Shown here in pieces: positions 1 to 8,237 of a DNA stretch of 20,421 nt. The notes beneath the pieces were generated by a model, which saw only the letters and a list, made by a program, of their open reading frames with translations, was not told the DNA's origin and did not search any database. Origin of the DNA: Candidatus Fraserbacteria bacterium. Its GTDB lineage: Bacteria; Bipolaricaulota; Bipolaricaulia; RBG-16-55-9. The position numbers and the translations under genes were made by a program. The stretch spans positions 1-20,421 of the forward strand of contig JBBIPG010000040.1 of NCBI GenBank assembly GCA_037442925.1. The letters run 5' to 3'. Numbering within the stretch: position 1 is the stretch's first letter; each line of letters begins with the position of its first letter.

Positions 1-178
1 ACTGGAAGAGCGGCTGCAGGCCCAGGAGCCTTGGACGGCGATCAAGGTGGGTGTGCAGGTCTGGTTGACGTTGATCCGCTACAACGTGGGAAGAGTGCTG
101 GGCCTGCGGTCTGGCAGCTATTCCGAGGGCGTGAAGGCCCTGGTGATCTAGCATCACTGGCTCCTATGCATCAGGCTT
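1..178 (+). mobile_element. Right end of an IS element (IRR ATGCATCAGGCTT, 166-178)
   Basis: The reverse complement of 166-178 (AAGCCTGATGCAT) matches 20215-20227 (AAGCCCGATGCAT) at 12/13. Similarity to the 8337-8375 promoter copy starts exactly at 179, which fixes the junction. Confidence 0.7.
2..151 (+). CDS. C-terminal fragment of a probable DDE transposase (IS4/IS5-like clan), running off the left edge
   Basis: Frame 2 is open from base 2 to TAG at 149-151: LEERLQAQEPWTAIKVGVQVWLTLIRYNVGRVLGLRSGSYSEGVKALVI*. The 'v.l.li.YN' helix resembles IS4/IS5-clan transposase C-termini, and a terminal inverted repeat follows (166-178). Confidence 0.6.
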   Translation: MEERLQAQEPWTAIKVGVQVWLTLIRYNVGRVLGLRSGSYSEGVKALVI

Positions 179-217
179 CAAACACTATAATATAAGTCAC
201 AAAAAATGTCAAGGGGG
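179..217 (-). promoter_or_regulatory. Second identical copy of the sigma70 promoter at 8337-8375 (TTGACA-17-TATAGT), directed leftward
   Basis: caaacactataatataagtcacaaaaaatgtcaaggggg is identical (39/39) at 179-217 and 8337-8375. On the minus strand, -35 is at 207-212 and -10 at 184-189. Confidence 0.85.
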
Positions 218-224
218 AGTCTTG

Positions 225-280
225 TCTCACGCAAGATGAGCCTGAAGTCCACCGCTGTTTCTCATGCAAGATGAGCCTGA
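225..280 (+). repeat. Two 21-bp direct repeats TCTCA(C/T)GCAAGATGAGCCTGA in the IS left end
   Basis: Copies at 225-245 and 260-280 (20/21 identical); related inverted copies at 1586-1607 and 1642-1660. Confidence 0.85.
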
Positions 281-328
281 GCGGGGGGGGGGTAGCCAGA
301 TCGGCGCGTGAGTCGAATCCTAGGAGGC

Positions 329-1573
329 ATGATCCTCATGATGCACGACTCACGCCCTATGACGAGGGACGAATTGCGGGACTTCCTCTGCTCCAGTCAG
401 GCCCTGGCCTTCACCGGACAGTCTCGTGCCCAGAGCTATGCTTGGATTGAGCGGACGCTCCGCCGCTACGGCTATCTCTCCCGCTCCCGCGCCGACAAGG
501 GGCTCTTACGTCAGTATCTCGAGAAGCTGACCGGCCTCTCGCGGGCTCAGATCACTCGCCTCATCGCCCAGTTCCGCCGCACCGGCCAGGTGCGCCTGCG
601 CCCGTACCGCCGCCATCGCTTTCCCACCCGCTTCACCCGCGAAGACCAGCTGTGGCTGGCCGAGGTGGATGAAGCTCATGATCGGCTCTCCGGACCGGCC
701 ACACTGGCCATCTTGAAGCGGGAGTACGAACTCTTTGGTCGCCAGGAGTTCCAACGCCTGAGCACCATCTCGGTGGCCCATCTCTACCGCCTACGTCAGT
801 CCCCGCGCTACCGTGCGCACACCACACACGTGAGGAGGACCAAGCCCGCTACGGCTCCGTATGGCGAGCGCCGTCGCCCCGATCCAAAGGGAAGGCCCGG
901 CTATCTGCGGGTCGATACCGTTCACCAAGGCGACCGCGACGGTCAGAAGGGCCTCTACCACCTCAATACCGTCGATGCCGTCACGCAATGGGAGGTCCTC
1001 GGCTGTCTTCCCCAGATCAGCGAGCGCGCTTTGGTCCCGGTGCTCCACGATCTGCTGGCGCAGTACCCCTTCGTCATCCGGGGCTTCCATTCGGACAACG
1101 GCAGTGAGTTCATCAACCAGGTGGTGGCTCAGCTGCTCAACAAGCTGCTCATCGAGTTCACCAAGAGCCGACCCCGCAGGACGAATGATCAGGCCCTGGT
1201 CGAAGGAAAGAACGGCAGCGTGGTACGCAAGCAGATGGGCTACGGGCACATCCCGCAGAGTGAGGCCGAGAAGATCCAGCGCTTCTACCGCGAGACGCTC
1301 AACGTCTACCTCAACTTCCATCGGCCTTGTGGGTTCGCTACCGAGGTAGTGGACGAGCGCGGGAAGGTGCGCAAGCGCTATGACACCTACCAGACGCCGT
1401 TTGAGCGCTTCCAGAGCTTGCCGGAAGCGGAGCGGTTCCTCAAGCCGGGTGTGCAGCTGGCCGATCTGGAGCGGATCGCTACGGCCCACAGCGACACGCA
1501 GTACGCGCAGTTATTGCAGCGGCGCAAGGCGGAACTCTTTCGCTCCTTTGAGCGCTCGGGTATACTGGGCTAA
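329..1573 (+). CDS. Integrase-core (rve) DDE transposase
   Basis: Motifs YLRVDTVH, GFHSDNGSEFIN and SRPRRTNDQALVEGKNG (DDE triad), plus an N-terminal HTH. AGGAGG at 322-327. The start is uncertain (GTG308, ATG329 or ATG338/341). Confidence 0.9.
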   Translation: MILMMHDSRPMTRDELRDFLCSSQALAFTGQSRAQSYAWIERTLRRYGYLSRSRADKGLLRQYLEKLTGLSRAQITRLIAQFRRTGQVRLRPYRRHRFPTRFTREDQLWLAEVDEAHDRLSGPATLAILKREYELFGRQEFQRLSTISVAHLYRLRQSPRYRAHTTHVRRTKPATAPYGERRRPDPKGRPGYLRVDTVHQGDRDGQKGLYHLNTVDAVTQWEVLGCLPQISERALVPVLHDLLAQYPFVIRGFHSDNGSEFINQVVAQLLNKLLIEFTKSRPRRTNDQALVEGKNGSVVRKQMGYGHIPQSEAEKIQRFYRETLNVYLNFHRPCGFATEVVDERGKVRKRYDTYQTPFERFQSLPEAERFLKPGVQLADLERIATAHSDTQYAQLLQRRKAELFRSFERSGILG

Positions 1574-1761
1574 CGACTCACGTCTTCAGGCTCATTCTTC
1601 AATGAGAAAAGACTTAGAGTGGCAACCGGCGTTTCATCTGTGGCTCATTCTAGCTTGACAGCATTCGTTTGCCTCGTCAAGTGGTTACGAGGATTGTCAA
1701 GCGGGGACGGTGGCCGATTGCTGTTCCGATGACGCCTGCTTTCGCCAAGCGTGTGGCAATC

Positions 1762-2217
1762 TTAGAACACGAGGGTCAAGCCTGCTGCATAGGCGGGCTG
1801 TAGAAACCGAGAAACGAGAGGCATATTCAGCTCCACTTCGTTGAAGAACTCCAAAGAACGAGCAAGCGAGAAACTCCATCGTAAACCCGCTCCCAGCTGA
1901 GGCACAAACTCATCGATCACATCCAAGAGAAAGAGCGTTTGAAAATACAGCGTGAACTGAGGCGCAGCATGCCACATCACACCTGCTATCACATCCCAGC
2001 TACCGGAGAGGAAGAACTGGGCTTCGGCGAAGATGCCTACTGAGCGGGAGAGGGAGAGTTCTGCACTCAGTCCCAGGCCAGGGATGAAGACGTCGGGTTC
2101 ACCCATGAAGATGGCGCTTAGGGAGAGGCCGGTCGCACCCCAGGCCATCGGGACAGAGAGGAGTGCCAGGGAGAGCAGGGCGAGGAGAGCTGAGCCTAGC
2201 AGCTTCTTAGACCTCAT
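1762..2217 (-). CDS. Small predicted outer-membrane beta-barrel protein
   Basis: Sec signal peptide (MRSKKLLG...AWG-A), about 8 alternating amphipathic strands (GLSAELSL, GIFAEAQF, GAGLRWSF) and a C-terminal Phe (YAAGLTLVF) resembling a beta-signal. Confidence 0.7.
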   Translation of the reverse strand: MRSKKLLGSALLALLSLALLSVPMAWGATGLSLSAIFMGEPDVFIPGLGLSAELSLSRSVGIFAEAQFFLSGSWDVIAGVMWHAAPQFTLYFQTLFLLDVIDEFVPQLGAGLRWSFSLARSLEFFNEVELNMPLVSRFLQPAYAAGLTLVF

Positions 2218-2229
2218 TTAGGGCTGTTC

Positions 2230-4176
2230 CTATCGGATGGTAGCCACTACGGTATTGGTCGCTGTATCAATCACACTCACGACATTGAGAGGCTTGAGAG
2301 AACTGTTGGCAGCAGGGACTGTGACGTAGACGAACCGACCGTCTGGCGTAACCGCCAAGTCGATGGGGATGCCCCCCACATCGACGGTGGCCACGACTCT
2401 GTTGGTGGCCGTGTCGATCACACTCACTGAGCCAGTTCGGCTGATAATAATATCAGCGATATTGACATAGATGAGCCGGCCGTTAGGTGCCACAGCCATT
2501 CTATCTGGACTCCTTCCCACAGGGATGGTGGCGACGACGCTGTGGTTGGCGGTGTCAATCGCGCTCACCGTGTCGGATATCCTATTGGTGACGTAGACGA
2601 ACTGGCCAGTGGGGCTGACCGCCACGTCAACGGGACTCCTGCCCACGGGGATGGTGGCGACAATGCTGTTGCTGGCTGTATCGATCACGCTTACGCTGTC
2701 TTTGTCTTTCAAGCTGCTGGTGACGTAGATGAACCGGCCGTTAGGCGTGACTGCTATACCACCTGACACAGGGATGGTGGCGACAACGCTGTTTGTGGTC
2801 GTGTCGATGACGCTCATTGTTCCAGATGCGCTGTTGGAGACATAGACGAACTGACCGTTCGGATTCACCGCCACATCATTAGGACGGTGTCCTACCGGGG
2901 TGGTGGCGACCACACTGTTACTGGCCGTGTCGATCACGCTTACGAAGCCGTCGAACTCATTGTGGACGATATAGACGAACCGGCCGTTGGGGCTTACTGC
3001 TACGTCAACGGGACTCCTTCCCACGAGGATGGTGGCCACGATGTTGTGGCTGGCGGTGTCGATCACACTCACTGCGTCGGATATACTGTTGGTGACATAG
3101 ACGAACTGGCCATTGGGGGTCACTGCTACACCTCCGGGGTTGCTGAAGGTCAGTGCTGGTGAAGGGATGATGGCTGTGACGCTGTGGCTGGCGGTGTCGA
3201 TCACACTCACCGAACCGTCCATGTTATTGACGGCATAGACGAACCGACCGTCTGGTGACACTGCCACGCCCAATGGATATCTCCTCACAGGAATAGTGGC
3301 CACGACGTTATTGCTGACTGTGTCGACTACGCTCACCGTGTCGGACATGCCGTTGGTGACATAGACAAACCGACTGTCGAGACCCACCGCTACGTCAAGG
3401 GGATGTTTCCCCACTGTGATGGTGGCTACAACACTGTTTGTGGCCGTGTCGATCACACTCACATTGTCTTTCAAACTGTTCGCTACGTAGATGAACTGAC
3501 TGTTAGGTGTCACGGCCACGCCTTGGGGGCTTCTTCCCACGGGGATGGTGGCCACCACACTGTTAATGGCTGTATCGATCACACTCGTCGTGTTGTCAGA
3601 ATAGTTAGTGACATAGACGAACTGGCCGTTGGGGCTTACCGCCACGCCTTGGGGACCTCTCCCCACGGGGATGGTGGCCACAACACTATTGCTGGCTGCG
3701 TCGACCACGCTTACAGTGTTGCTTAAGCCGTTGGTGACATAGACGAAGCGACCGTCTGGTGTCACTGCCACGCCATATGGATATCTCCCCACGGGGATGG
3801 TGGCCACGACGCTATTGCTGGTCGTGTCGATCGCGCTCACCGTGTCGTCCTGGAGGTTGCTAACATAGACGAATTGGCCGTTAGGGCTCACTGCTACCCT
3901 GACGGGGTTGATCCCCACGGGGATGGTGGCCACGATGCTGTTGCTGGCTGTGTCGATCACGTTCACAAAGCCGTTAGAACCAAAACCTGCATTGACGACA
4001 TAGACGAACTGGCCGTTGGGATTCACTGCCACGCCGACGGGGTTACTAAAGGTCGGTGAGTGGGCTGTGGTTACGAAGTTGGTGGCCGTACTGCGGCTTG
4101 GCATGGGCACGCTGGAAGTTAGGAGGAACCCCAGGAAGACCACACCCAACAGAACCACTACCACGCGCCATGTCAT
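2230..4176 (-). CDS. Secreted or anchored YVTN-repeat beta-propeller protein (YncE-like; 14 blades = 2 x 7)
   Basis: Hydrophobic N-terminus followed by 14 repeats of about 42 aa (P.GVAV.P.G.FVYVTN..S.TVSVIDTA.NSVVATIPVG). RBS GAGGAGA at 4184-4190. Confidence 0.92.
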   Translation of the reverse strand: MTWRVVVVLLGVVFLGFLLTSSVPMPSRSTATNFVTTAHSPTFSNPVGVAVNPNGQFVYVVNAGFGSNGFVNVIDTASNSIVATIPVGINPVRVAVSPNGQFVYVSNLQDDTVSAIDTTSNSVVATIPVGRYPYGVAVTPDGRFVYVTNGLSNTVSVVDAASNSVVATIPVGRGPQGVAVSPNGQFVYVTNYSDNTTSVIDTAINSVVATIPVGRSPQGVAVTPNSQFIYVANSLKDNVSVIDTATNSVVATITVGKHPLDVAVGLDSRFVYVTNGMSDTVSVVDTVSNNVVATIPVRRYPLGVAVSPDGRFVYAVNNMDGSVSVIDTASHSVTAIIPSPALTFSNPGGVAVTPNGQFVYVTNSISDAVSVIDTASHNIVATILVGRSPVDVAVSPNGRFVYIVHNEFDGFVSVIDTASNSVVATTPVGHRPNDVAVNPNGQFVYVSNSASGTMSVIDTTTNSVVATIPVSGGIAVTPNGRFIYVTSSLKDKDSVSVIDTASNSIVATIPVGRSPVDVAVSPTGQFVYVTNRISDTVSAIDTANHSVVATIPVGRSPDRMAVAPNGRLIYVNIADIIISRTGSVSVIDTATNRVVATVDVGGIPIDLAVTPDGRFVYVTVPAANSSLKPLNVVSVIDTATNTVVATIR

Positions 4177-4323
4177 ATAGACATCTCCTCTTCAAACCAA
4201 TCTGCCGTCGATAAGTCAAGGGTTAGATGAAGTGATAGTCAAATTCTGCACACATATCTGATTCATTAGGTGCTGAAATCCGGCGCGTTGTCTTTTCCCA
4301 ACTGAGCTGGCGCGACATGACAT

Positions 4324-5430
4324 TTAAGGTGTCTTGAAGAGCACAGGCCACATGAAATCTGCAGGGCAGAGGTCCCCCTTAAGATTCTCTGTGATAGTGT
4401 TTTCTCTCCCCTGAATACGGATTCTCTGAACCGTGTATTGATCCGTAGGCGAAACCACAAACCCATCATCATCCGGAAAACACATATCTGAGATAGCTAC
4501 ACCATACTCTTGATTGTTGGTTATCTTGCTATTCCGTACCTCAAGCTCCGAGACTCCCCACTCATAGGCAGTCATCACAATTCCTGTAAACTGGGTCTCC
4601 CGGATCTCACTATCATTGATCGACACGCGACCTCCAAGGAGACTAATGCCCCTTGCGTTGTCATGAATCATGCCCCTTAAGATAGAGACTGCTCCACCAT
4701 GAAATACATTGATGGCCAGCCTTGCTCCGCGAATCTCACTCTCAACGAACATGATGTTTGCACCTGCTGCACCACTAACGTAGAGGCCCGTTCCCCCATC
4801 CATGTGAATCGTATTTTCTCGTAAGATGAGCTGAAGAGGAGTCGTTTCACCTAGATACCCATCTCCCTTGCCAAAGACAATAATTCCCCCGGATGAAGCG
4901 GCTATTGTGTTCTGCCACAGACTTATCTGAGATCCTCTCTCCACTCCTTTCACCTCAATCCCATCAGCTCCCACGATGTAATTGTCTTGCATGAACAGTT
5001 GTACATCCCCTTGGACATAGACGGCCACATAGTAATCTGGTCCCTCCTTTTTCTCTTTGAGGGCCAGAATCTTGAGATCTTGAAGAATCACGTGGGGAAA
5101 AGAGGAGACTTGACCTTCTACCTGCACAGTGACAAAGGTCGCTCCGACAGGATCGGTGAATAAGGGCTGCTCTATCCCTTGAATGGTTGTCTGTTCAGGG
5201 CCGGCCCCCCGTAGCGTTAGACTCTTCCTAATTGTGAGGTTTTCCCGATATTCTCCGGGGCTGATGAGAATGATGGCTCCGTTTGGTGCTGCGTCGATTG
5301 CTACCTGAATCTGGGGGTATTCCTCAGGCACGCGAAGAATCGCAGGGTCCTGTGCAGGTTGACCTATCGACCAGACAAGCAAACTTACCACTCCTAGCAG
5401 GAGGAAGACCTTTACTGCTAAGCTCTTCAT
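4324..5430 (-). CDS. Secreted right-handed parallel beta-helix (pectin-lyase-like fold) protein
   Basis: The likely start is ATG 5430 (MKSLAVKVFLLLGVV, signal peptide, GGGAG RBS) rather than 5622. It has the cap motif LRVPEEYPQIQVAIDAAPNGAIILISPGEYRENLTIRKSLTLRGAG and repeated N..I...GI.V coils. Confidence 0.85.
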   Translation of the reverse strand: MKSLAVKVFLLLGVVSLLVWSIGQPAQDPAILRVPEEYPQIQVAIDAAPNGAIILISPGEYRENLTIRKSLTLRGAGPEQTTIQGIEQPLFTDPVGATFVTVQVEGQVSSFPHVILQDLKILALKEKKEGPDYYVAVYVQGDVQLFMQDNYIVGADGIEVKGVERGSQISLWQNTIAASSGGIIVFGKGDGYLGETTPLQLILRENTIHMDGGTGLYVSGAAGANIMFVESEIRGARLAINVFHGGAVSILRGMIHDNARGISLLGGRVSINDSEIRETQFTGIVMTAYEWGVSELEVRNSKITNNQEYGVAISDMCFPDDDGFVVSPTDQYTVQRIRIQGRENTITENLKGDLCPADFMWPVLFKTP

Positions 5431-5470
5431 TTCATTCTCCCTCATATCATAGATACTGAGGTCTATCGCG

Positions 5471-7495
5471 TCAACGATTCTCGTGGATTCCTTGAGCGCA
5501 CACCTGCACCACATTAGACGTGCTGCTGCAGTCGGGAGGAGGCACAGGGCTGACTGCCGCTGGTTGGTTATTGCCTGGAGCAGTCGAGTTAACTGGAGCG
5601 GCTTGATCTGCATCCAAAGCATTGCAGTCTGTGGGATAACCTAACATTGCGCAAGCTGTCTGAGCTTTCATATCACGCGTGACTCCTCCGTCGCATCCAG
5701 ATATGCAGATGTACCAAACTTGATGATTAGCATCCTCCCAGACCATGAGGACTGGGATATTAGAAGGATTGTTGATTTTACCCTTCAGCTGTTGGGCCAA
5801 GTCTTTCATAGCTAGCGTATCTTGAGTTTCGCCATGGAAGACGAGCACCAGCATGGCCATACCTCTCACGACAGTCTGGCGAAATGGACCATTTTCGAAA
5901 ACACCCTTCCTAAACACTTCCTCCTCCAAGTACAGAAGCGTCTTGTTGATCCATCCGGCGATATCGTCCACCTGAGAGAGAGGATCGTTCGTATTCTTCA
6001 CCTGGACGAAGGCCATGATGGCTCTACCAGCGAGGTTTGGATTATAGAGTACGAGATCTATGTCTGTATTCCCTAGCGTAGTGCTGATCCCGTAATCAAT
6101 GCCATAGAATTGCCAGCCACCGAAGTTGATTGCGAAACCCGCAACGAGTATTTCTGATAGCTTGCCTGCGGCACCTCCCGGATTTCCTGCAGCTAGAGCC
6201 TTGATAATCTCATCTAGCACGACCTTTAGCTTCGTATCTTTGATGAAGCCACAGAATCCGGGGATTGCGAATCCGACTCCGAAGTTTCGCGTTTTCATGC
6301 TTCGAATAATTGTGAAGATAGCTCTATCCAGCTGAATCGCAACGTGCTCTCCCCATTGATCTCTTGCTGCTCCATAGGCATTATTACGTAACGACAGGAA
6401 CTCTAGGGTGCTGGTTCTGAATCCTGGGATTAGAAGGCATTCAGCAACCATCGCACTTGCTTCAAAATCCCTCAAGAAATCAGGCCATAATTCACCAGTT
6501 GTATTAAAGGCGGCTTGCGACTGTACTGGAGAGTCTAAGAGATTTGGAAGTAATCCAGCGACGTATGCTTCGACGAGCTGCTCGATAATACCCTTGGCCT
6601 CGATGCCTTGATCCTGAAACACTGTTTGCACAAATTGTTGTAATTTGTCTTGGAAGTCTCTGAACTCTGGCTCTTGGGCAAGCAGCCGCTCATATTCATC
6701 AAGGAAGCGGCTGGCCCTATATGCCTCAATGAGCATAGACAGCCAGCTTATCACCTTCGAGCTGTCAATCTGAGTCAATGCTTGATGAGCTTGTTCAACG
6801 GCTTGTTGATGAGTTGAATCGGCTGAATCCTGAGGCAGAGATGCAGCAGCATTCAGCAATTCTCTTGACAGTTTAGGATTCAACCCTTCAAAACCTTCAA
6901 CTACCAAATGTGTATCACGGGATGAATCCTGCAGATAAGCAATCGCACCCGCCCCCATTTGCACGGCCGAGTTATAAATGCTTAAGGGCCTCTCAAAGAT
7001 AGCGTCGTCCGCCCACTGCTTTGCATACCACTGTCTCCAGGAGTCTTGGCAGAGTGTTCTCTGCAGTGTCGTTATTTTGCCATAGTGCTGATACGGGCAG
7101 TAGGAGAAGGCATCCGGCAACTCGCTTCCTACCTTAACTGTCGGCTTGGGTGGTGGGGGCGGGGTGGGGGGCTGGGGCTTCGGTGCTGGTAGTGTGGGCG
7201 CAGGTGGGTTCGGTTTCGGTAGAACGATAGGCAGCTCATTCAACTCCATCGGCAGCACCTTCCACTGACTGCGATTGCTTACAGGGTTCACCTGCCTCTG
7301 CACCTTCACGGCGGTATTCACCGCACGGACGACATCTACGCTACCTGTACCCCCAGGCCAGAGAGCTTGGCCGGTTGTGGAGGTGGGTGGGATTGTCAAG
7401 ACCGCCGTGGCTTCGTCCGTTTCTGCGTCGAGCAGCACGATCTCAGCTTGTGACCAGTCCAACTCTCCTTCCAGTTGCAGTGCCTTCAGATTCAT
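5471..7495 (-). CDS. C-terminal part of a large lipoprotein: Pro-rich linker, helical region and PD-(D/E)xK-like (restriction-endonuclease fold) domain; candidate toxin/nuclease
   Basis: Linker PKPNPPAPTLPAPKPQPPTPPPPPKP; motif G..GKLSE...TDIDLVL...AFVQVKN at about 5990-6190; Cys-rich tail. In frame with 7526-8128. Confidence 0.7.
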   Translation of the reverse strand: MNLKALQLEGELDWSQAEIVLLDAETDEATAVLTIPPTSTTGQALWPGGTGSVDVVRAVNTAVKVQRQVNPVSNRSQWKVLPMELNELPIVLPKPNPPAPTLPAPKPQPPTPPPPPKPTVKVGSELPDAFSYCPYQHYGKITTLQRTLCQDSWRQWYAKQWADDAIFERPLSIYNSAVQMGAGAIAYLQDSSRDTHLVVEGFEGLNPKLSRELLNAAASLPQDSADSTHQQAVEQAHQALTQIDSSKVISWLSMLIEAYRASRFLDEYERLLAQEPEFRDFQDKLQQFVQTVFQDQGIEAKGIIEQLVEAYVAGLLPNLLDSPVQSQAAFNTTGELWPDFLRDFEASAMVAECLLIPGFRTSTLEFLSLRNNAYGAARDQWGEHVAIQLDRAIFTIIRSMKTRNFGVGFAIPGFCGFIKDTKLKVVLDEIIKALAAGNPGGAAGKLSEILVAGFAINFGGWQFYGIDYGISTTLGNTDIDLVLYNPNLAGRAIMAFVQVKNTNDPLSQVDDIAGWINKTLLYLEEEVFRKGVFENGPFRQTVVRGMAMLVLVFHGETQDTLAMKDLAQQLKGKINNPSNIPVLMVWEDANHQVWYICISGCDGGVTRDMKAQTACAMLGYPTDCNALDADQAAPVNSTAPGNNQPAAVSPVPPPDCSSTSNVVQVCAQGIHENR

Positions 7496-7525
7496 ACCCT
7501 GGGTGGAGGTGTCGGTGAGTAGTTG

Positions 7526-8128
7526 TCATACTTGATCCGCGATCTCCTGTGCGCCCATTTCATCGGGCAAGAAGAGATTTGCCCCAATGGGATCGCCGGC
7601 AGTTGAGCCATCGCTAGTGACTCCGGCTTCCAGGTGAGTCAGCCACTGGCCGCCTTCGTCCGTTCCTTTTAGAGAAGCCCAGGAATCGCCCTCACCAGCT
7701 GCTTCGTTCTCGAGCAGATAGAGGGCTGCATCTGATCCTGCAGGCACTTCAATCAAGGTCGCCTCATCACCGGTCGTCTGCATTGCGCTGAGTCCCTGAC
7801 CGCCAAGCTTGTTCTTCACCTTGCAGCCGTGGGCCTTGCTGAGCACTAGCTTCTTGCCTCGGCGTTCGAGAGCCTGCTTGAGTAATTGGACCTCCTGCTT
7901 ATCCTTCAGGGCCTTCTCCGCTAGTTTTTTGGCCTGGCCAGGGGCGAGATCCCTCACACAGTTTGGAGGGCCTCCTTGGCCTTGAGCCGCGATCAGCCAC
8001 GTTGAGTTGTCCATCTCCGCCAGATCGTTCTGGACCACCTCATCGTTCGAAGAGAAGAGCGCACATCCGGTCAGAATGCCCACCACCAAGAGAAGCCCCG
8101 CAAATCCAGCAAGGCGCAGCGCGTTCAT
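7526..8128 (-). CDS. N-terminal part of the same lipoprotein (signal peptide II)
   Basis: MNALRLAGFAGLLLVVGILTG-C lipobox and strong RBS AAGGAGG upstream. Ends at TGA 7526-7528, followed by 10 sense codons in frame with ATG 7495. Confidence 0.8.
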   Translation of the reverse strand: MNALRLAGFAGLLLVVGILTGCALFSSNDEVVQNDLAEMDNSTWLIAAQGQGGPPNCVRDLAPGQAKKLAEKALKDKQEVQLLKQALERRGKKLVLSKAHGCKVKNKLGGQGLSAMQTTGDEATLIEVPAGSDAALYLLENEAAGEGDSWASLKGTDEGGQWLTHLEAGVTSDGSTAGDPIGANLFLPDEMGAQEIADQV

Positions 8129-8237
8129 GAGAGTCCCTCCTTACAGTTTTGCGCCATCCGCCAGCGCCAGAACGGAGAAGAGAAAAAAGAAGATCGGAAC
8201 AGCAAGATGCCTTCGTTATCGAGAGAGTTTTTCTTCT

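Larger units (their letters stand above)
223..1660 (+). mobile_element. Insertion sequence with TGT...ACA ends and iterated transposase-binding repeats (IS481/IS1202/ISNCY-like)
   Basis: Left end TGTCTCACGCAAGATGAGCC (223-242); the right end reads TGTCAAGCTAGAATGAGCC on the minus strand (1642-1660). It encloses one rve-type transposase. No clear target-site duplication was found. Confidence 0.75.
5471..8128 (-). pseudogene. Probable single gene of about 885 codons interrupted by one in-frame TGA (nonsense mutation, sequencing error or readthrough)
   Basis: The minus strand reads gat caa gta TGA caa cta ctc acc gac acc tcc acc cag ggt ATG aat = DQV*QLLTDTSTQGMN, with no frameshift. Confidence 0.65.

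Noticed and set aside
1718..1730. 13-bp inverted match TTGCTGTTCCGAT with 8193-8205 bracketing the operon
   Set aside because: A few 13-mer matches are expected by chance in 20 kb, and there is no adjacent invertase or extension of the match.
1732..1752. GAAA-capped hairpin after the beta-barrel gene as a rho-independent terminator
   Set aside because: The hairpin is plausible but has no U-tract on the minus strand, so it was not called.
2230..4060. Regular ~126-bp repeats as a CRISPR array or DGR template/variable pair
   Set aside because: The repeats are degenerate, in frame and fully explained by YVTN blades; there are no cas or reverse transcriptase genes in the window.
5431..5622. N-terminal extension of the 432-aa ORF
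   Set aside because: It overlaps the upstream gene; the RBS and signal peptide point to ATG 5430.
7141..7225. G-rich tract suggesting a G-quadruplex or simple repeat
   Set aside because: Explained by proline codons of the linker on the minus strand.
7496..7528. Selenocysteine codon at the in-frame TGA
   Set aside because: No convincing SECIS hairpin directly downstream, and the context (ADQV*QLL) is not a redox or Cys-type motif.
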